A stretch of 64,000 bases of DNA from Octopus bimaculoides (Eukaryota), in assembly GCF_001194135.2 (NCBI RefSeq), contig NC_068994.1, positions 35,940,094 to 36,004,093 on the forward strand, read 5' to 3'. Shown here piece after piece: positions 24,013 through 39,751 of this stretch. How positions within the stretch are numbered: position 1 is the first letter of the stretch; the number at the start of each line of letters is the position of its first letter. The position numbers were made by a program, and so were the translations under genes. Under the pieces are notes generated by a model that was given only the letters and a program-made list of their open reading frames with translations, was not told the origin of the DNA and did not search any database.

Positions 24013-25647
24013 CTTGAGTGTGTGAGTGTATTTGTGTGCTTGCATGTCACCATGCATGTATATTGTGTATATGGATGCATTAGATGTATTATATGGTAAA
24101 CTTCCAGAATAATTTTTTTCTGATTTTGTGAAACCCACCTCATCAACACTGGTACTGAGATAGCTTGTTACATACCCAGTATACTGAGAAATACAGTAAT
24201 AAATCTAAAGTTGTAGTCAGTCAAGAACTCATAGGTTTCTCATTAATTTGGCAAAGATATTTTATTTTCTATTTCATATTTAACATTATGTTCACATCTG
24301 CATTCATTATCTTTATCTGTCAAAACCTTGATTCATTTTACTGAGGTCTTGACAGAAATATTCAAACAGCATTTGTCAGTATCTATATGTAACTGTTAAT
24401 CCAGACACATTTTTTTCACTCTACATTTTTTTCTCATAATTTTTACCCTCTCTCCATCTGTTTTCTCTCCTTGTTCCTTTCTGTAGAAGTGCATAAGTTT
24501 GAAACATCAAGTTAATACACCTTGATTGATATTCACTTCCCTGTCTCACTCGTTTTTTTTTTTTTTTTTTTTTTTTTNNNNNNNNNNTTTTTTTTTTTTT
24601 TTTGTTTCTTTTTGTGCAGTTCTGAACCATATGTATTGGTCAGCATATAGCTATAGCAGGAAACACTTGCCAAAGGTGTCACATAGTAGGCCTGAACCTG
24701 GAACCATGCAGTTGAGAAGCAAGCTTCTTATCACACAGCCATGTATGTACATATTTTTGAGTCTTCATTTAGATTAATCTCTCTATGTATGAATATTTGA
24801 ATGTTTATGTATATGTGAATGTATGCATCAATGTATGCATACATGCATCTATACATGTATTCATGTATCTGAACATGTATTCATGTATGTGTGTTTGTAT
24901 GTATGCATGTATGAGTGTGTGTGTTTGTACATCTGAACATATGTATATATATATCTGGGAGTATATTTATGTGCTTGTATATGTGTATGTATGTGCATAT
25001 GTATGTATGTATGCATGCAATCTGTGTATGTATATGAACATATGCATTCATCGAAGTACGCATGTGTGTATGTATGTACATACCAACTGCTAGTTTCACA
25101 GAAAAAGTATTAAGAAAATATTGCTGCTGAAATATAATTCTAATGAATTTTTTAAAAATTTGGTATTCTCATATAACAATTTTCAACTTTATTTTTTTAA
25201 TTATTTTTGATTGAAATTTATCAATCAAGGAATAATAATAACAATATAAAAAAAAGCTATAGCAATCTTTTTATTTAATCTAACACAAATATGATATGTT
25301 TCTTGAGATAACAAAAAAAGAATATTTGTAACTGTGTGTATATGTGTGTGAAAGTGTAATGAGATTCATATACATCTACATGTATGTGTATATGTTTGTG
25401 TATCTGTGTGTATGTGTGTGCATGCATATGTGCATATATGCCTGGAAGCGAATTTTGTACAAGTGCAAATTGCATAAATTAGTTTGTCTTTGTATGTATA
25501 TATATGCATTTGTTTGTTTGTAAATGTATCTATGTCTGTGTGTATGTGTGTTGTGCAAATTCTTATTCAGAATGATTCTTACTTGTAGACATACAAGCTA
25601 AAAAGCACACACAAATGCACACATTTATATGTGTGTGTGTGTATGTG

Positions 25648-25950
25648 TGGAGGCGCAATGGCTCAGTGGTTAGGACAGCAGACTCATGGGTGGAGGATCG
25701 CGGTTTCGATTCCCAGACCGGGAATGTGTTTATTGAGCGAAAACACCTAAAGCTCCATGAAACTCCGGCAGGGGGTGGTGGCCATCCCTGTTGTACTCTT
25801 TCACCCCAACTTTCTCTCACTCTTTCTTCCTGTTTCTTGAGTAAAGCTGCGATGGACTGGTGTCCCGTCCAGCTGGGTGAGGGGAACACATATGCCATGG
25901 AAACTGGTAAACTGGGCCCATGAGCCTGGCTAGGCTTTAAAAAGGGTGCA
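25648..25950 (+). mobile_element. tRNA-derived SINE, family B, tail type 1
   Basis: A box TGGCTCAGTGG, B box GTTTCGATTCC; body shared with 39752 up to cttcctgtttc; tail gctgcgatggactggtgtcccgtccag..gcctggctaggctttaaaa, then (TAAA)n. Confidence 0.85.
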
Positions 25951-26094
25951 TAAATAAATAAATGTATATATATATATATATATTATATATCTACACTATA
26001 CACACACACACATATATACATACACACACATACACCACACGCATGCACGCATGCACACACAAACACATATATAGACACACAAACAAACAACTAT

Positions 26095-26260
26095 CATCAT
26101 CATCTTCATATATGTCCATCTTCTGACCTGGCATGGGTTGGATAGTTCAGCTAAATCTGACAAGCTGGAGGAACTATATCAAGGTCCAATGTCTGATTTG
26201 GCATGGCTAAAATGGCTGGATGCCCTAGCTAACTCCAACCATTTTACATAGTGTACAACA
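26095..26260 (-). mobile_element. RTE-tail-type SINE fragment
   Basis: (CAT)n, then ggcatgggttgga..ggctggatgccctagctaactccaaccattttacatagtgtac, the reverse complement of the motif in 55510-55738. Confidence 0.6.
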
Positions 26261-26865
26261 CTGTATATGCAATAAAATATGCTCTCACTCAGACATATAA
26301 CTGTGTGTGTGTGTGTGTGTGTGTGTGCATGTGTGCATTTGCTATATACTTTAATCGATATGAATCTGATAACTGTGCGTGTGCGTGGTGTCTGTGTGTT
26401 TGTGATGTTCATAATATAGCTGTATGTATGAGTGTAAGTACAAATGATCACATTATGTAGTGTATGAATGTGTGTGCGCTTGAATCTTNNNNNNNNNNNN
26501 NNNNNNNNNNNNNNNNNNNNNNNNNNNNNNNNNNNNNNNNNNNNNNNNNNNNNNNNNNNNNNNNNNNNNNNNNNNNNNNNNNNNNNNNATATATATATAT
26601 ATATATATGTATACATATATATATATATTGTGTGTGTGTTTCCATGTTATGCTCAGGTAATGCCTAAATGCAAAAACTTTTGCACATTTATATTTATACA
26701 CATACACGAGCAATAATATATATTTCATAGCTTATGTGAATGTGCATGTGAAAAATTATGTATAATCATATGGAGATATGCATGTGATTATGCTTACATG
26801 CATAAAAATCTAAAGATTTTAGTATAAATGCATACATATATATTTGTGTGTGTGTCTGTGTATAC

Positions 26866-26915
<50 letters not shown>

Positions 26916-27897
26916 GTGTGTGTGACTGAATCAGTAGGCGGATAGGTGTGTATGTGCATCAATGAAAAGCCTTTTGTAGTATGCATATATATATATATAT
27001 ATGTATTTCCATACGTATATATGTATGTATATGTACATACATAGGCATATGGGTGTAAGATATGCACTTAAGAGAACTTCAAACAACGAATATATTCCTA
27101 AGCAGCTCAGCAATCACAATAGACTTCAGATTCAATAGGAAGTTACATTCACTTTGAGTTCCAACACCAACAATGAACACATTACATTTTACTTGTTAAA
27201 ATCTAACAAATAAATTTCTTGTTCAATTTCAAAAACATTTTTCTCTTTTGATTTGTTCCTCTTATTTTTCATCTATTATAGTTTCTTTTGGTTCTATTTA
27301 TTTATGTTTATTTACTATTATTATTATTATTATTATTATCATAACCATCATCATCATCATCATTATTATTGTCATTGCTGATGTTATCCTTATTATTTTC
27401 ATGTGAAATCTCCAGTAATTTATTAAACATCTCCAATTAAAAAGAAACAATAATAATGATGATCATGATGATGATGGCAACAACAACAAGTACAAATTCT
27501 ACAATTCCACCCCAATACATTATGCCTACTGAAAGAATAAATACTTTATTTGTGTCAACCAGATATTTCAATCCTTAAATGTGTAACAGCTTAAAATTCT
27601 ATGGTATTTTAACATATACTTAGAGAACATTGCTTATGCTTATTCATTTATATATGTTTTTCCCATATAACAAAAGCATATTATTTGTTAATGTATTTTC
27701 TTTTATACATGTCAGCACTCAGTTTACTAAACTACTGTAAATATTCCAGATATCTAATAGGGAAATGCTTATGAAGTTATATTTACTGCAAAAGAGAAAC
27801 AGGATTATCAATGAACAGTGAGTCAAAAGGTGAAGAAAGGACAAAAAAACTAAATAATAGTGATTATATTCACAGTGATGTTTATATAGACATATTT

Positions 27898-27931
<34 letters not shown>

Positions 27932-28100
27932 ATACACACACACACACGCGCACTCAAACATGCACACAAACACACACACATACACACACACACACACACA
28001 CATGCATATGTGCATGCACGCGTGTATGTGTGTGTGTTATAGAAAGATAGATACAGACAGTGAAAGAGTGTGTATAAATATAAGGTATCAAAAATACCCT

Positions 28101-28225
28101 CAGCCCATGTTTCACTACCATGTAGCATAGCTGTTTGTACACAAGTATCATACATTCTCCTTTTCACTCTGAGGGAGAGGCCCTGCCGAAGCAGCAGGCC
28201 GAGCGAGTCGTGGCGGCAGCGTGAA
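28101..28225 (-). mobile_element. RTE-clade LINE RT-thumb fragment
   Basis: LLLRQGLSLRVKRRMYDTCVQTAMLHGSETWA matches the K.R.Y...V...MLYGSETW motif. Confidence 0.8.
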
Positions 28226-28415
28226 GGAAGCGATTGTGATATATATATATAGATAGATAGTTGAATAGGCAGATAGATAGATACATATATACTTACATAC
28301 ACATCAGACATATGCATAGACACACAGACAGACACACACACACACATATATGTATATATTCTTTCATTCTTTTATTAGTTTCAGTCATTTGACTGTGGCA
28401 ATGCTGGAGCACCAC

Positions 28416-28468
<53 letters not shown>

Positions 28469-28479
28469 GTTGAAATTTA

Positions 28480-28660
28480 CAGAAAAACAAAAGACGAAGA
28501 CAGGTGTATAAACATGTAGGTGTATTAGTTTGATGCTCAGGAAGGTGAGAAGAGAAAGTCTTTTACATTTCGAGCCTGTGCTCTTCAGCAGGAAGGAACA
28601 CAAGGAAATAAACAGCGAGAGAATATAAAAACTTTTGGAGTTAGCGGTCAATCATACATA
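28480..28660 (-). mobile_element. Penelope-type terminus with decayed hammerhead motif (28560-28595)
   Basis: Minus strand CTTC / CTGCTGA A / GAGC-acag-GCTC / GAAAT GTA / AAAG, the same layout as 4571-4605. Confidence 0.55.
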
Positions 28661-29319
28661 CATAGATATATTTATGGTGGTTGTTGGCAGCTGTCCTTTG
28701 ATTGGAACATGGTAGGAATGTTTCTATTGGTTATGGAATTGCCAATATTATTTGTCAGTCCGAGTACCTGACACCCTTATCATTATTCCTTAGAAATACA
28801 TACATACATACATATATACATACATACACTTCTAATACCTATTAGAGAAACTTAATAACAAAATCTAACAACTACTTCTGAGGAACAGTCAGGGAATTTT
28901 AAAGTACCTATTTCAAATGTGCTCTTACTACTTATTGTATGTGTATACCTGCTGGATATGGAATCTATTCTGTTAGCCTCCCTCTGATTTCTCTATATAT
29001 TTTGCATGTCCATAGTTTACATTAAAAACATTGTATAGAGTTTCTACTTATTCCCCTTCCTTATATAGAATATGGCTATTTCTCTGACATTATCAGAGTT
29101 CTATCTTCGTCCCTACTTACCAAAACTTTAGTCTTCGTTAATTTTATTTTAAAGACATTCAATTCCAGGTTTTGCTTCTACATCTGGAATTTCTTTTCGC
29201 TATCAACTACATGTTCAGCTATAAGAATCGGGTCATCAGCAGATGCAAACATAAATAAAAAAATAAAAACAGCTGCAATAATAACGACAACAACAACAGC
29301 AAACAACAATAATAATAAC

Positions 29320-29960
29320 ATCAACAACACCTCTGTTATGGCCAGAAGGACTATAATAAACAGGAAGGAGCTGAGGACTGAACCTTAGTAGATCTCTGAA
29401 TACTAAATTCATTACTATACTCACTGCTAATTCTCAAGTTTCTGACTGCACCACTGTGCATTGTTTGCACAGCCCTCATAAGCCATTTGTGTATTCTCGG
29501 CTTTTTTAATTTTTTAATCACTCTCAAGATTAGAAAGCATGGAAACCTGTCAAATGCCTTCTGCAGCTTGATGAATGTTAAATATAATGGCTTACCCTTA
29601 GCTAAGTATATATCCTGCAGTTGTCTTACTAGGAAGAAGTATCAGCAGTACCGCTTCCTGTTACAAAGCCAAACTGCATCACCTCTAGGCTAATTTTCTT
29701 TCAAATGAGTTGTGCTATTATTCTTTCAGTTACTTCCATGACATGCTTATGAACCAATAGTTTCATCTCTTGTACATCACATTTGCCCTAATAGCAGCTG
29801 ATGATACTGCTAAACCACTCATTGTGTATAACACCACCCTGTCCTTCCTGATTGACGGCGCACAAGACTATATATTTGGCCAAGTTAGCCAGATATTTTC
29901 AGCATCTGTGTACCTATACCTGATGTTTCAGTTGCCTTCATTACTTTGAAATCCTTAATT
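29320..29960 (-). mobile_element. RTE-clade LINE reverse-transcriptase fragment (decayed)
   Basis: Minus-strand FIKLQKAFDRFP (F.DLEKAFDR motif) with surrounding degraded RT sequence; many stops. Confidence 0.65.
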
Positions 29961-30859
29961 ATTCCAACTGCAAAGCCATAGCATATTTTGAAGGCTTGCC
30001 TTTTTGGTGGGCTTGATGGGGGCAGCCCTCTCTCATAAGAGAAATAGTGAGCAATAACCTAGAGAGTGAAAAATAGGGAGGGCTGGAATAATAGCAAGAA
30101 CAGAAGATAGTGTGAAAAATAACAGAGTAAGAGAGGAGAGGTGGGAAGTGAATGCTAGAACAGTACAATAGAGATTGGAGAGTTAGAGGAGTCTGGTAAA
30201 ATAACTGAAGTGAAAAAATGACAGAGAACTTAAATTTGGGGGAAGTGAAGAAAAAATATAATGAAGGGCAGGCAGGTATTTCCTGAGACAGAAAAAGGAA
30301 AATGAGAAATAGAAAGACAGACAGATCACTAGAAGCTGCAGAGTGACACGAGGGCTGAAAGTTTGATAAAAGCTATGCATGAAACTCCTCAGCACATGAG
30401 TCATTGTACAACTTATGCTGAGTGAAAATAGTAAGACACATATACACATGTACTGAGTTCTATTTATCCTATTTGTCCAACCAAACTTATACACATGCAC
30501 ATACATGCGCGTGCACACACACACACACACACACACGCACAAACATGCAGACATGGCTACAAGATTAAAATGTTTGTTCATAATCTTGCAATTTAGGTTC
30601 ATTCCCACAGCAAAAGCATTGTGAGCAGAGGTCTTTTACTATGGCCTTGAGTTGACTAAGAGCTTGTGCACAAAAGCTCATTGTATATTCATTCCATCAG
30701 AAATCCATTGTATATGTGTGCATAAAGTGTTTGTGTGTTTTCATCTTCACTTGACAATGTTTTTGCTCTGCATAAAATCAACATCACTGTCCATACAAAC
30801 ATTGTCATTATTTACAATCTGCCATGAAAACATTTTTGACTACTGAGCTGTTCATTATT

Positions 30860-30931
<72 letters not shown>

Positions 30932-31334
30932 CGTGCGTGCATGCATGTTTGTGTGTACATACATATATGTGTGTATACACATATATATACATGTGTGTGT
31001 ATACACATTTATGTATGTGTATACATTCATACACATATACACAAATACATGTGCATATACACTCATATATATACATACAAAGATGCATATTTCCAATAAT
31101 ACATATATAAAAATATACATATGCAGCTCCCTGCTCAATTTACCAAAATTTCATCAAGCATTCATCAAACAGTTTAGTCATCAGACAACTGTCCAAATTG
31201 ACTAACATTGTTAAATAGATTCTCTAATGAATATTTAATTTCTACTAAATTGAACAGCAGACTTAAAGTTGCATCTAAAAAAGGTCTGAGGCTTTCTTTT
31301 TAAAAAAGAAAAATAATCACATGTCCTTCCCAAG

Positions 31335-31562
31335 CTATAGGCTTATAAGGCTGGTTTCCTGCAATTCTGTGAGTAACATATTCCCTGCCAGAAAAGGATA
31401 TCATTCCAGCACAGGATTACTTATTTTTGCCAGCTCAGTGAAATGGAGCAATGTGAAATGAAGTGATCTGCTCAAGAACACAAGGCATCACACACTCCAG
31501 GATTTGAAACTACAATGATATGATCATAGGTGTAACACCCTAACCACTAAGCCATATGCCAC
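31335..31562 (-). mobile_element. CORE-like SINE, family E
   Basis: tttttgccagctcagtgaaatggagcaatgtgaaatgaagtgatctgctcaagaacacaa..accctaaccactaagccat. Confidence 0.75.
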
Positions 31563-31673
31563 CACCTGGCCACCTATTATTTTTTTTATACATACCTCAC
31601 AAATTTAATGTATTGAGTACTGTATTTTTGTTCATACGACCAATTTGTGTGTGTGTGTGTGCATGTGTGCGTG

Positions 31674-31723
<50 letters not shown>

Positions 31724-32195
31724 TGATCTATAATAAATAAACAAATTGATAATGACATCACTCAGAAAAGCAAAGGAGATTGAATTAAAGCTTCCTGTTC
31801 ACTAAGTTGTGTGTTCAATTCTGAATCTGGTGCAATACTATCATATCTAAATGCAGAAACAATGACAGGATTTAGAAATAAGTAAAGAAAATAGTGGGGA
31901 GTGACTCACAGAGAGACAGAGAGCAAACAAGAGAGGAGGCAGAGGATGTAAGTGAAAGTAAAGCTAAGGGTGGGAGGTGACCGACAGACTATCAGGAAAT
32001 TGACCAGTGTTCAATGTGAGAATAAATCTCCTCACATGAGAATAGAAATTGCGTGCTTTTATAGACATATACATAGACATAGAGGTACATATTTGCAAAG
32101 ATACTTTAGTACAGCAGAACATCTATATACAAAAGATAAAAACTCTGGTTTAAATACATTCATATATTAATACTTACCTACACAAGGTAGCATGC

Positions 32196-32230
<35 letters not shown>

Positions 32231-32242
32231 TATATATATATC

Positions 32243-32280
<38 letters not shown>

Positions 32281-32939
32281 NNNNNNNNNNNNNNNNNNNN
32301 NNNNNNNNNNNNNNNNNNNNNNNNNNNNNNNNNNNNNNNNNNNNNNNNNNNNNNNNNNNNNNNNNNNNNNNNNNNNNNNNNNNNNNNNNNNNNNNNNNNN
32401 NNNNNNNNNNNNNNNNNNNNNNNNNNNNNNNNNNNNNNNNNNNNNNNNNNNNNNNNNNNNNNNNNNNNNNNNNNNNNNNNNNNNNNNNNNNNNNNNNNNN
32501 NNNNNNNNNNNNNNNNNNNNNNNNNNNNNNNNNNNNNNNNNNNNNNNNNNNNNNNNNNNNNNNNNNNNNNNNNNNNNNNNNNNNNNNNNNNNNNNNNNNN
32601 NNNNNNNNNNNNNNNNNNNNNNNNNNNNNNNNNNNNNNNNNNNNNNNNNNNNNNNNNNNNNNNNNNNNNNNNNNNNNNNNNNNNNNNNNNNNNNNNNNNN
32701 NNNNNNNNNNNNNNACATTTGTATATATATATATGTATATATATATATACATTTGTATATATATGTATGTATATATATGTATATATATATATGTATGTAT
32801 ATATATATATATGTATGTATATATATATATATGTATGTATATGTATGTATATGTATGTATATATATATGTATGTATATATATATGTATGTATATATATAT
32901 GTATATATATATACATATGTATATATATATATACATATG

Positions 32940-32973
<34 letters not shown>

Positions 32974-33144
32974 CATATGTATATATATACATATGTATAT
33001 ATGTATATATATATACATATATATACATATGTATATATATATATAGATAGGTAGATATATCTTCTTTTATATCTATGTACATTTACATATAAATGTCTAT
33101 ACATACAAATACACAGAAACATATATATTTGCGCATACATAACA

Positions 33145-33219
<75 letters not shown>

Positions 33220-36200
33220 ATAAAAATGTACACAAACAAAAATGTATGTAGTCACACTTTAATTTAAATATATATATATACACACACATACACACATACA
33301 TATATACATATATATGTGTGTGTGTGTGTGTATACATGCACACACAAACGCACACACACAAAAAAAACGGGTAAAACTTTTTAGGCCTATATGGTTAATG
33401 ACACAACAGCATGTATAGAATACTTTTTAACTTATTTTCTATATCAAAGTAATGCATGTACGGTTGTGTATTTTCATGTGCACACACACACACACACACA
33501 CACACAGACCCACACAGAGAGTGACAGAGAGACAGGGAGAGATTAACAGAATGAGAGAGATTGATAGATAGATACATACAGAAATACAAACAGTTAATAA
33601 GTGATAAGTTATTTTTTTCCTTTTTTACCAATTTGAACATTACATTATTTATTAGGAATTAAAACTTTGTAAAATGCTGCAGCAGAGGAAGATTTTATGA
33701 AAAGTATAAGTCATGAGATCAACAAGGTAATGCTCCAGTATGGCCATAGTCTGATGACTGAAACGAGTAAAAGATCTAATACCTTAAGAAAATTATCTCA
33801 ATTTTAGTGTTCTTAAATTTTTAACATTCATCAAGCAGTATTTAGTTTATTGCTTCCTATTTAATTATTTGGGGAAATGTTGAAATTGTGAGAGGGGTGT
33901 GATATAAACTTAAGTTTTCAACTGAACAGCACATGTAGAACACAAATCATATACCCATACTTTTCGTTTTCTTTTGCTGCATCTGTTCTTACTTGTGCAT
34001 GTGTTTATCTGTATAAGAGTATGCATGTATGTGTATACAAGTTTGTGTGTCTATGTGCATACATTCACAGACACCTACACATAATCACACACATGTATAT
34101 ATATATGCGTGTGTGTGTGTGTGTGTAGACGTACACCCAAACACACAGATAAATACATATATATATGTGCACAAATACTCACACACACATACATATATGT
34201 ATATATAAATATATATATATATATATTNNNNNNNNNNNNNNNNNNNNNNNNNNNNNNNNNNNNNNNNNNNNNNNNNNNNNNNNNNNNNNNNNNNNNNNNN
34301 NNNNNNNNNNNNNNNNNNNNNNNNNNNNNNNNNNNNNNNNNNNNNNNNNATATATATATATATATATATATATATAAAGAAGTATATATTTGTGCCCATC
34401 TGTGCATGCTTGTCTGTGTGTTCGTGTATACATGATTATATGCATGCCAACATAGTTTTGGAATAACAACATCCACTTACCAATTCAAGTACATCCTTCC
34501 CAGTGAGTTGTTTAGCTGAAATGTGTATCCTGCAGTAGAGTTCTACAGTCACTACTACTGCTGCTACGGCTGCTGCCACTGTCATTGCCACTGCTGCCAC
34601 TGCTGCTGCTGCTATGGCTGTCACTGGGGTTATGTGTAGGCAGTGTTATGTGGCTCAGTGTTATGTGGCTCAGGATACAGTGTGACTGTTACAGTGATAT
34701 AAAGTAGTAAAGCATGAAGAAGGAAGAGATAAATAGAGGGAGCGAAGGAGATGGGGGGGGGAGAGTTTGAAACTTAAGGTGTGAAATAAAGAATGCAATG
34801 TAGAGAAACAGATGAGTATGGAAAAAGTTTGTGTTTTGGGAAGAGAAACACACATCTGTGGCCCTACAAAGGGAAATGGTTAGCATGTGTGTTTGACTTT
34901 AGCCAGTGGCAGGCTGTATAGAGTTTCAATAGGAGCTAGAAAACTCTGCCTGTCTTTAAATCCAGCAAACCATAGTGTAAATTTTAATAAAGTGATGACT
35001 CATTGAAAATTTTATTAAAACATTTTTTTTTTTTGAAATGAAACAAAAAAACTACATTCAAAATAAAATGCCTGTAAATATATATTTTTATTAAATTGTA
35101 TGCCCCTTAGTTTTCAAATTATCTGAATTAAAATAATTTTTTTCAAATTACATTTTTCAAAAAATATAAAAATAGAAAAGATATTATACAGCTGTTAATG
35201 ATATTTCTCAGAAATTTAAGAAAGATTTAACATCAATATTTTTAAATTAATTCAAGTTAATATCATTTAAATTTTTTTGTTTAATTTATTAAATTTTTTT
35301 GATTTCTTTTTACCATTCCCACTCCATTCTTCTTTTCTGTAACTCTTTCTTTTTGCCAACTGTGGGCATCTAAATTTAAAGTCTGCCCACATTTTATATC
35401 TTTTTAAATTTTGTCTATTTTTATTTCATATTTTTTATACTTTCATTTACATATTTTTTAAAGTATTTTACTAACCGTGTCACTATTCAAGAAATACAGA
35501 CTTATATCATAGATTGAGAGATCAATAAGCATGGAATGGAAAATATTGATCCTCCTCCACCTATCCTCCAACCTTTTATTGATTAATTTGTTCGTTGTTT
35601 TTCTTTCTTTTTTTACTCTTTTGATTTTTATTACTGTTGGCAGTGTTGCTTTTTTGTATAATTATTTTTTCTTTTTGTTTATTAAATATAAAGGAATAAA
35701 TAAAATTAGGCAATTTCATTGAATTCTCTGAATTACTTCTGTGTTGATCAGTTTAAAAGGATGTTTAGTTTTGTGCAAATTATAGCAAAAGACTGGAATA
35801 TTACTGACAGAATATAAAATTATAAACACAAATAAGACCAAAAACTAAAAGACAAAAACTATAGAAAGCAAATAGAAAAATATACTCAAAGCTACACATG
35901 AAATCAAAAGAAATGGTTGCCTCTGTGTGTGCTGTATGTGTATCTGTGAATACAGTTATGTGCATGCATATACAATACTCATATATACGTATTTATATTG
36001 CTTTCACATGAAACGTATGAGTATATGAGTATGTATGTATGAGTGTGTGTATGTACATGAAATACACATATCCAATATATATATATATATACATATTTAT
36101 ACACCCAAAAACACACAAACCCATTTATGTGCATGTGTGAATGTGTGTGCATGTGTTTACAATAAAAATGTAGTTGGAACAAATATACTGTAAAATATAC

Positions 36201-36231
<31 letters not shown>

Positions 36232-36781
36232 TATATATATATGCATATATATGTATATGTATTTATATATATATATATATATATATATGCATATATATGT
36301 ATATGTACTTATATATATATATATATGTATATATATGCATATATATGTATATGTATATNNNNNNNNNNNNNNNNNNNNNNNNNNNNNNNNNNNNNNNNNN
36401 NNNNNNNNNNNNNNNNNNNNNNNNNNNNNNNNNNNNNNNNNNNNNNNNNNNNNNNNNNNNNNNNNNNNNNNNNNNNNNNNNNNNNNNNNNNNNNNNNNNN
36501 NNNNNNNNNNNNNNNNNNNNNNNNNNNNNNNNNNNNNNNNNNNNNNNNNNNNNNNNNNNNNNNNNNNNNNNNNNNNNNNNNNNNNNNNNNNNNNNNNNNN
36601 NNNNNNNNNNNNNNATATATATATATATATATATACACACACATATATATATATGCATATATATGTATATGTATTTATATATATATATATATATATATAT
36701 GCATATATATATATATACATACATACATACATATACATGCATATATGTATATATATATATATATCTACATTCATATATGTG

Positions 36782-36812
<31 letters not shown>

Positions 36813-39751
36813 ATATGCACAGACTCTCACATATATATATATTTATCTGTGCTTGTTTATGTATACTATTTTACTTTTATATATAACAAGAAAGAATTTA
36901 AAAACACTTACCTTTCAGACATATTCTATTCAAGTTTTTGTTATTTTTTTCTCATATATTTGAAAAGAATATTTTGAAAATCTTTTTGTTTTTTGTTTTC
37001 CAATAAGTCCTTCAGTTGTACAGCAACCTAATACACACTGTGTGGTTTAATGCCATCACCAACTGGCTTTCAGATGCCTTAAGCAGAGTTCACTCTTTTG
37101 CAAACATTCAGACCAGACTTCTTTCTTCTTTTACATATTAAAAATTTTTTTTTTACCTGCAGACCTACAGAAGTTCAGGATTAGTATCAGCTAGATCAGA
37201 TTTTAGGAAAATCTGCCTCAAGACTATTGGCTCATGAAGCAAAAGCTAATCTGTATTTTTAAGGTGTTTAGATTGAGATTACAAGATTACCTCTTGAACA
37301 TGTTACTAGTATATCACAGAGTACGATGTATTGTTGGTACTCATTTTCAACCAAGTGGACAGGAGCATTGTGAAAAAAATGTCTTGCTCTAAATCTAAAT
37401 ACTTTACTAGGCCCAAGAACCTAAACTTTGATGTAATAATGCAATGCCCTAACTGCTATCCCAGATGCTTAAACCAGTTTTGAAAACTTGCAAATATTAT
37501 GGATATCCTTGCCCTTATGGTTAACTTTATAAAAAAGGAATACCTATTCAAACTATAGAGTGAGGACAAAAATAAGCCCAACTTAAAGAGTGGTTTTGGG
37601 TTTGGAATAGATTTAAAAACCTTTGTGTGTGTTTATCTTAGTATGTTTTTGCATGTTTTCTTGTTCTCCATTATGATTTCAACTTGTTTGTATAATCTTC
37701 TGTTTCAAATGGTGAAGGAAAATGAAAAGTATCAACTAATTGTATTTTTCAACCAATTAAAAATGTACAACTCTGTTTAATCATGCTATGAAGTTTTCTA
37801 CAGACTCTGTAACTTTGTTATTCATGAAAGGAACCCTTAAGCTGCTTATATTTATTTTTACTTTAGCTGTTTCCACAATATTTAGAAAATACAAGGTAAT
37901 TACATCTTACCATAATGAACTTTCTCAGGCAAGGTAATTAATAAAATTACTCATTTATTTATGTTTAAGTCTTATTTTTAATTATTTTATAATTATTTTC
38001 ATTTCTTAGTAAATCTTCACCTGCAGCAGAATTATTGCTTCCTAACTGATTACTTTATCATTTACCTTGGACCTGAGAAATTAGAATATTTTAATGACAA
38101 TAAGTGACCCAATTTTGGTTTCTGGCTGTAACCATTACCTTTCAAGCAATTTGGTAGTATTCTAGAGAAATGCTTACACCTCACAGCATCTATTTTACTT
38201 TTCCCTTTTTTTATCCAAAACTTTGTATTCATCACAATTACTGCTTACATCCACTTTTCTATGCAGCTATAGATTGGATGGTTATTTTTGAGACCACGAT
38301 TTAGACATGAATGCCCTTCCTGTTGCCATTTCAGAAGGGCATCTGGTTGTAAAACATAACACAGAAATCCCTATGGTATAAACTTCAATCATAGGTAGAA
38401 GAAAGGCTGGGGTCAATCAGATCAACTCTTAGCACTTTACTGGTATAGTTTATGAAATCCAGAAGGATGAAATTCAAAAGTTAAACTCAGCTCAAATTTG
38501 AACTCATAACATAAAGATGCACAACAAAACATCACAAGGCGTTAATGCCTAGCATTTCACCAAATCAGCTAATCCAACATCATAGAAATTGAGTTGCTTG
38601 GGTTACTGGGTTTAAATTTGAGCTTAATTCTTATATGTTACAGGGTTTAATTCTTATATTCACACAAGGTTATAGGTTTGTGCAGGATTTATCATGACGA
38701 GATATCATTTATATTTCTCCATTATAACCACATTGCATACTTGCTAGTCATTACAACTGTATTAACTCTCCTCCCACCAAAATATAAAGACAAAGTTGGT
38801 GGACCATGGATGCTTTGAATAAGGAATGTAACAAAACAAAACTAAATACCATATGACATTTCATTCAATATGCTATTGTCACTGCCACTGTAATATTACA
38901 AAATAGATTCGTTCACTATAGAGTAATATTGCTTTACTTTATTTACTCTCATGTGAATGTATGTATTGTATGTATAGTGGGTGGGAAACGTTTTACACAC
39001 ATACTCCCTTTTCGCTAATGGTTCATTGTTTTCGTGTAAAAGAAAGCAATAATTTTAACATATATATATATGTGTGTGTGTGTGTGTATATACACACACA
39101 AACACATGCACACACAGATATATTGCATATGTGTGTATGTATGTAGATATATGTGTATATATATATATTGTGTGTGTGTTTATATATATATATTATTTAT
39201 ATAAATATATATTATATATATGTATATGTATATTCTATGTATACGTGTATATAGAAGATATACACAAATATATTATATCATCATACATGTACTATTCATG
39301 TGTGTGTGTGTGTGTGTGTGTGTATACACACACATGCACACACACATACATGTATATACATATAGTTAGGTATATGTATACACATATATAAATATACATA
39401 CATACATTCACCACTGCCAAACAAATGGTGTGATGAACAGGCAGGAAGAAAGAAAGGAATCTGGGCTGTGCATCGCCTCAACAAAACTGTCCTTAATGAA
39501 GCTAAGCAACATCACTGTAGTCTCTTAACAATATGGCTAGACTTAAAGAATGTGTCCAACTCTGTCCCTCACTCACAGATGATACAATCACTACACCATG
39601 CCAAAGTACCCACTGCTATAATGAATGCCATTGGAAGACTGACCCCAACATGGTTCACACTGTTATCACCGACAGCTATTAAAGTAGCACCTATTGTTAT
39701 AAACAGAATCAAGCTCTCAACGGGCATATACCAGGGTGATAGTTTCTCTGT

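Noticed and set aside
38311-38342. Short hairpin ATGCCCTTC...GAAGGGCAT
   Set aside because: Explained by two opposed fragments of the same RTE-tail SINE motif.
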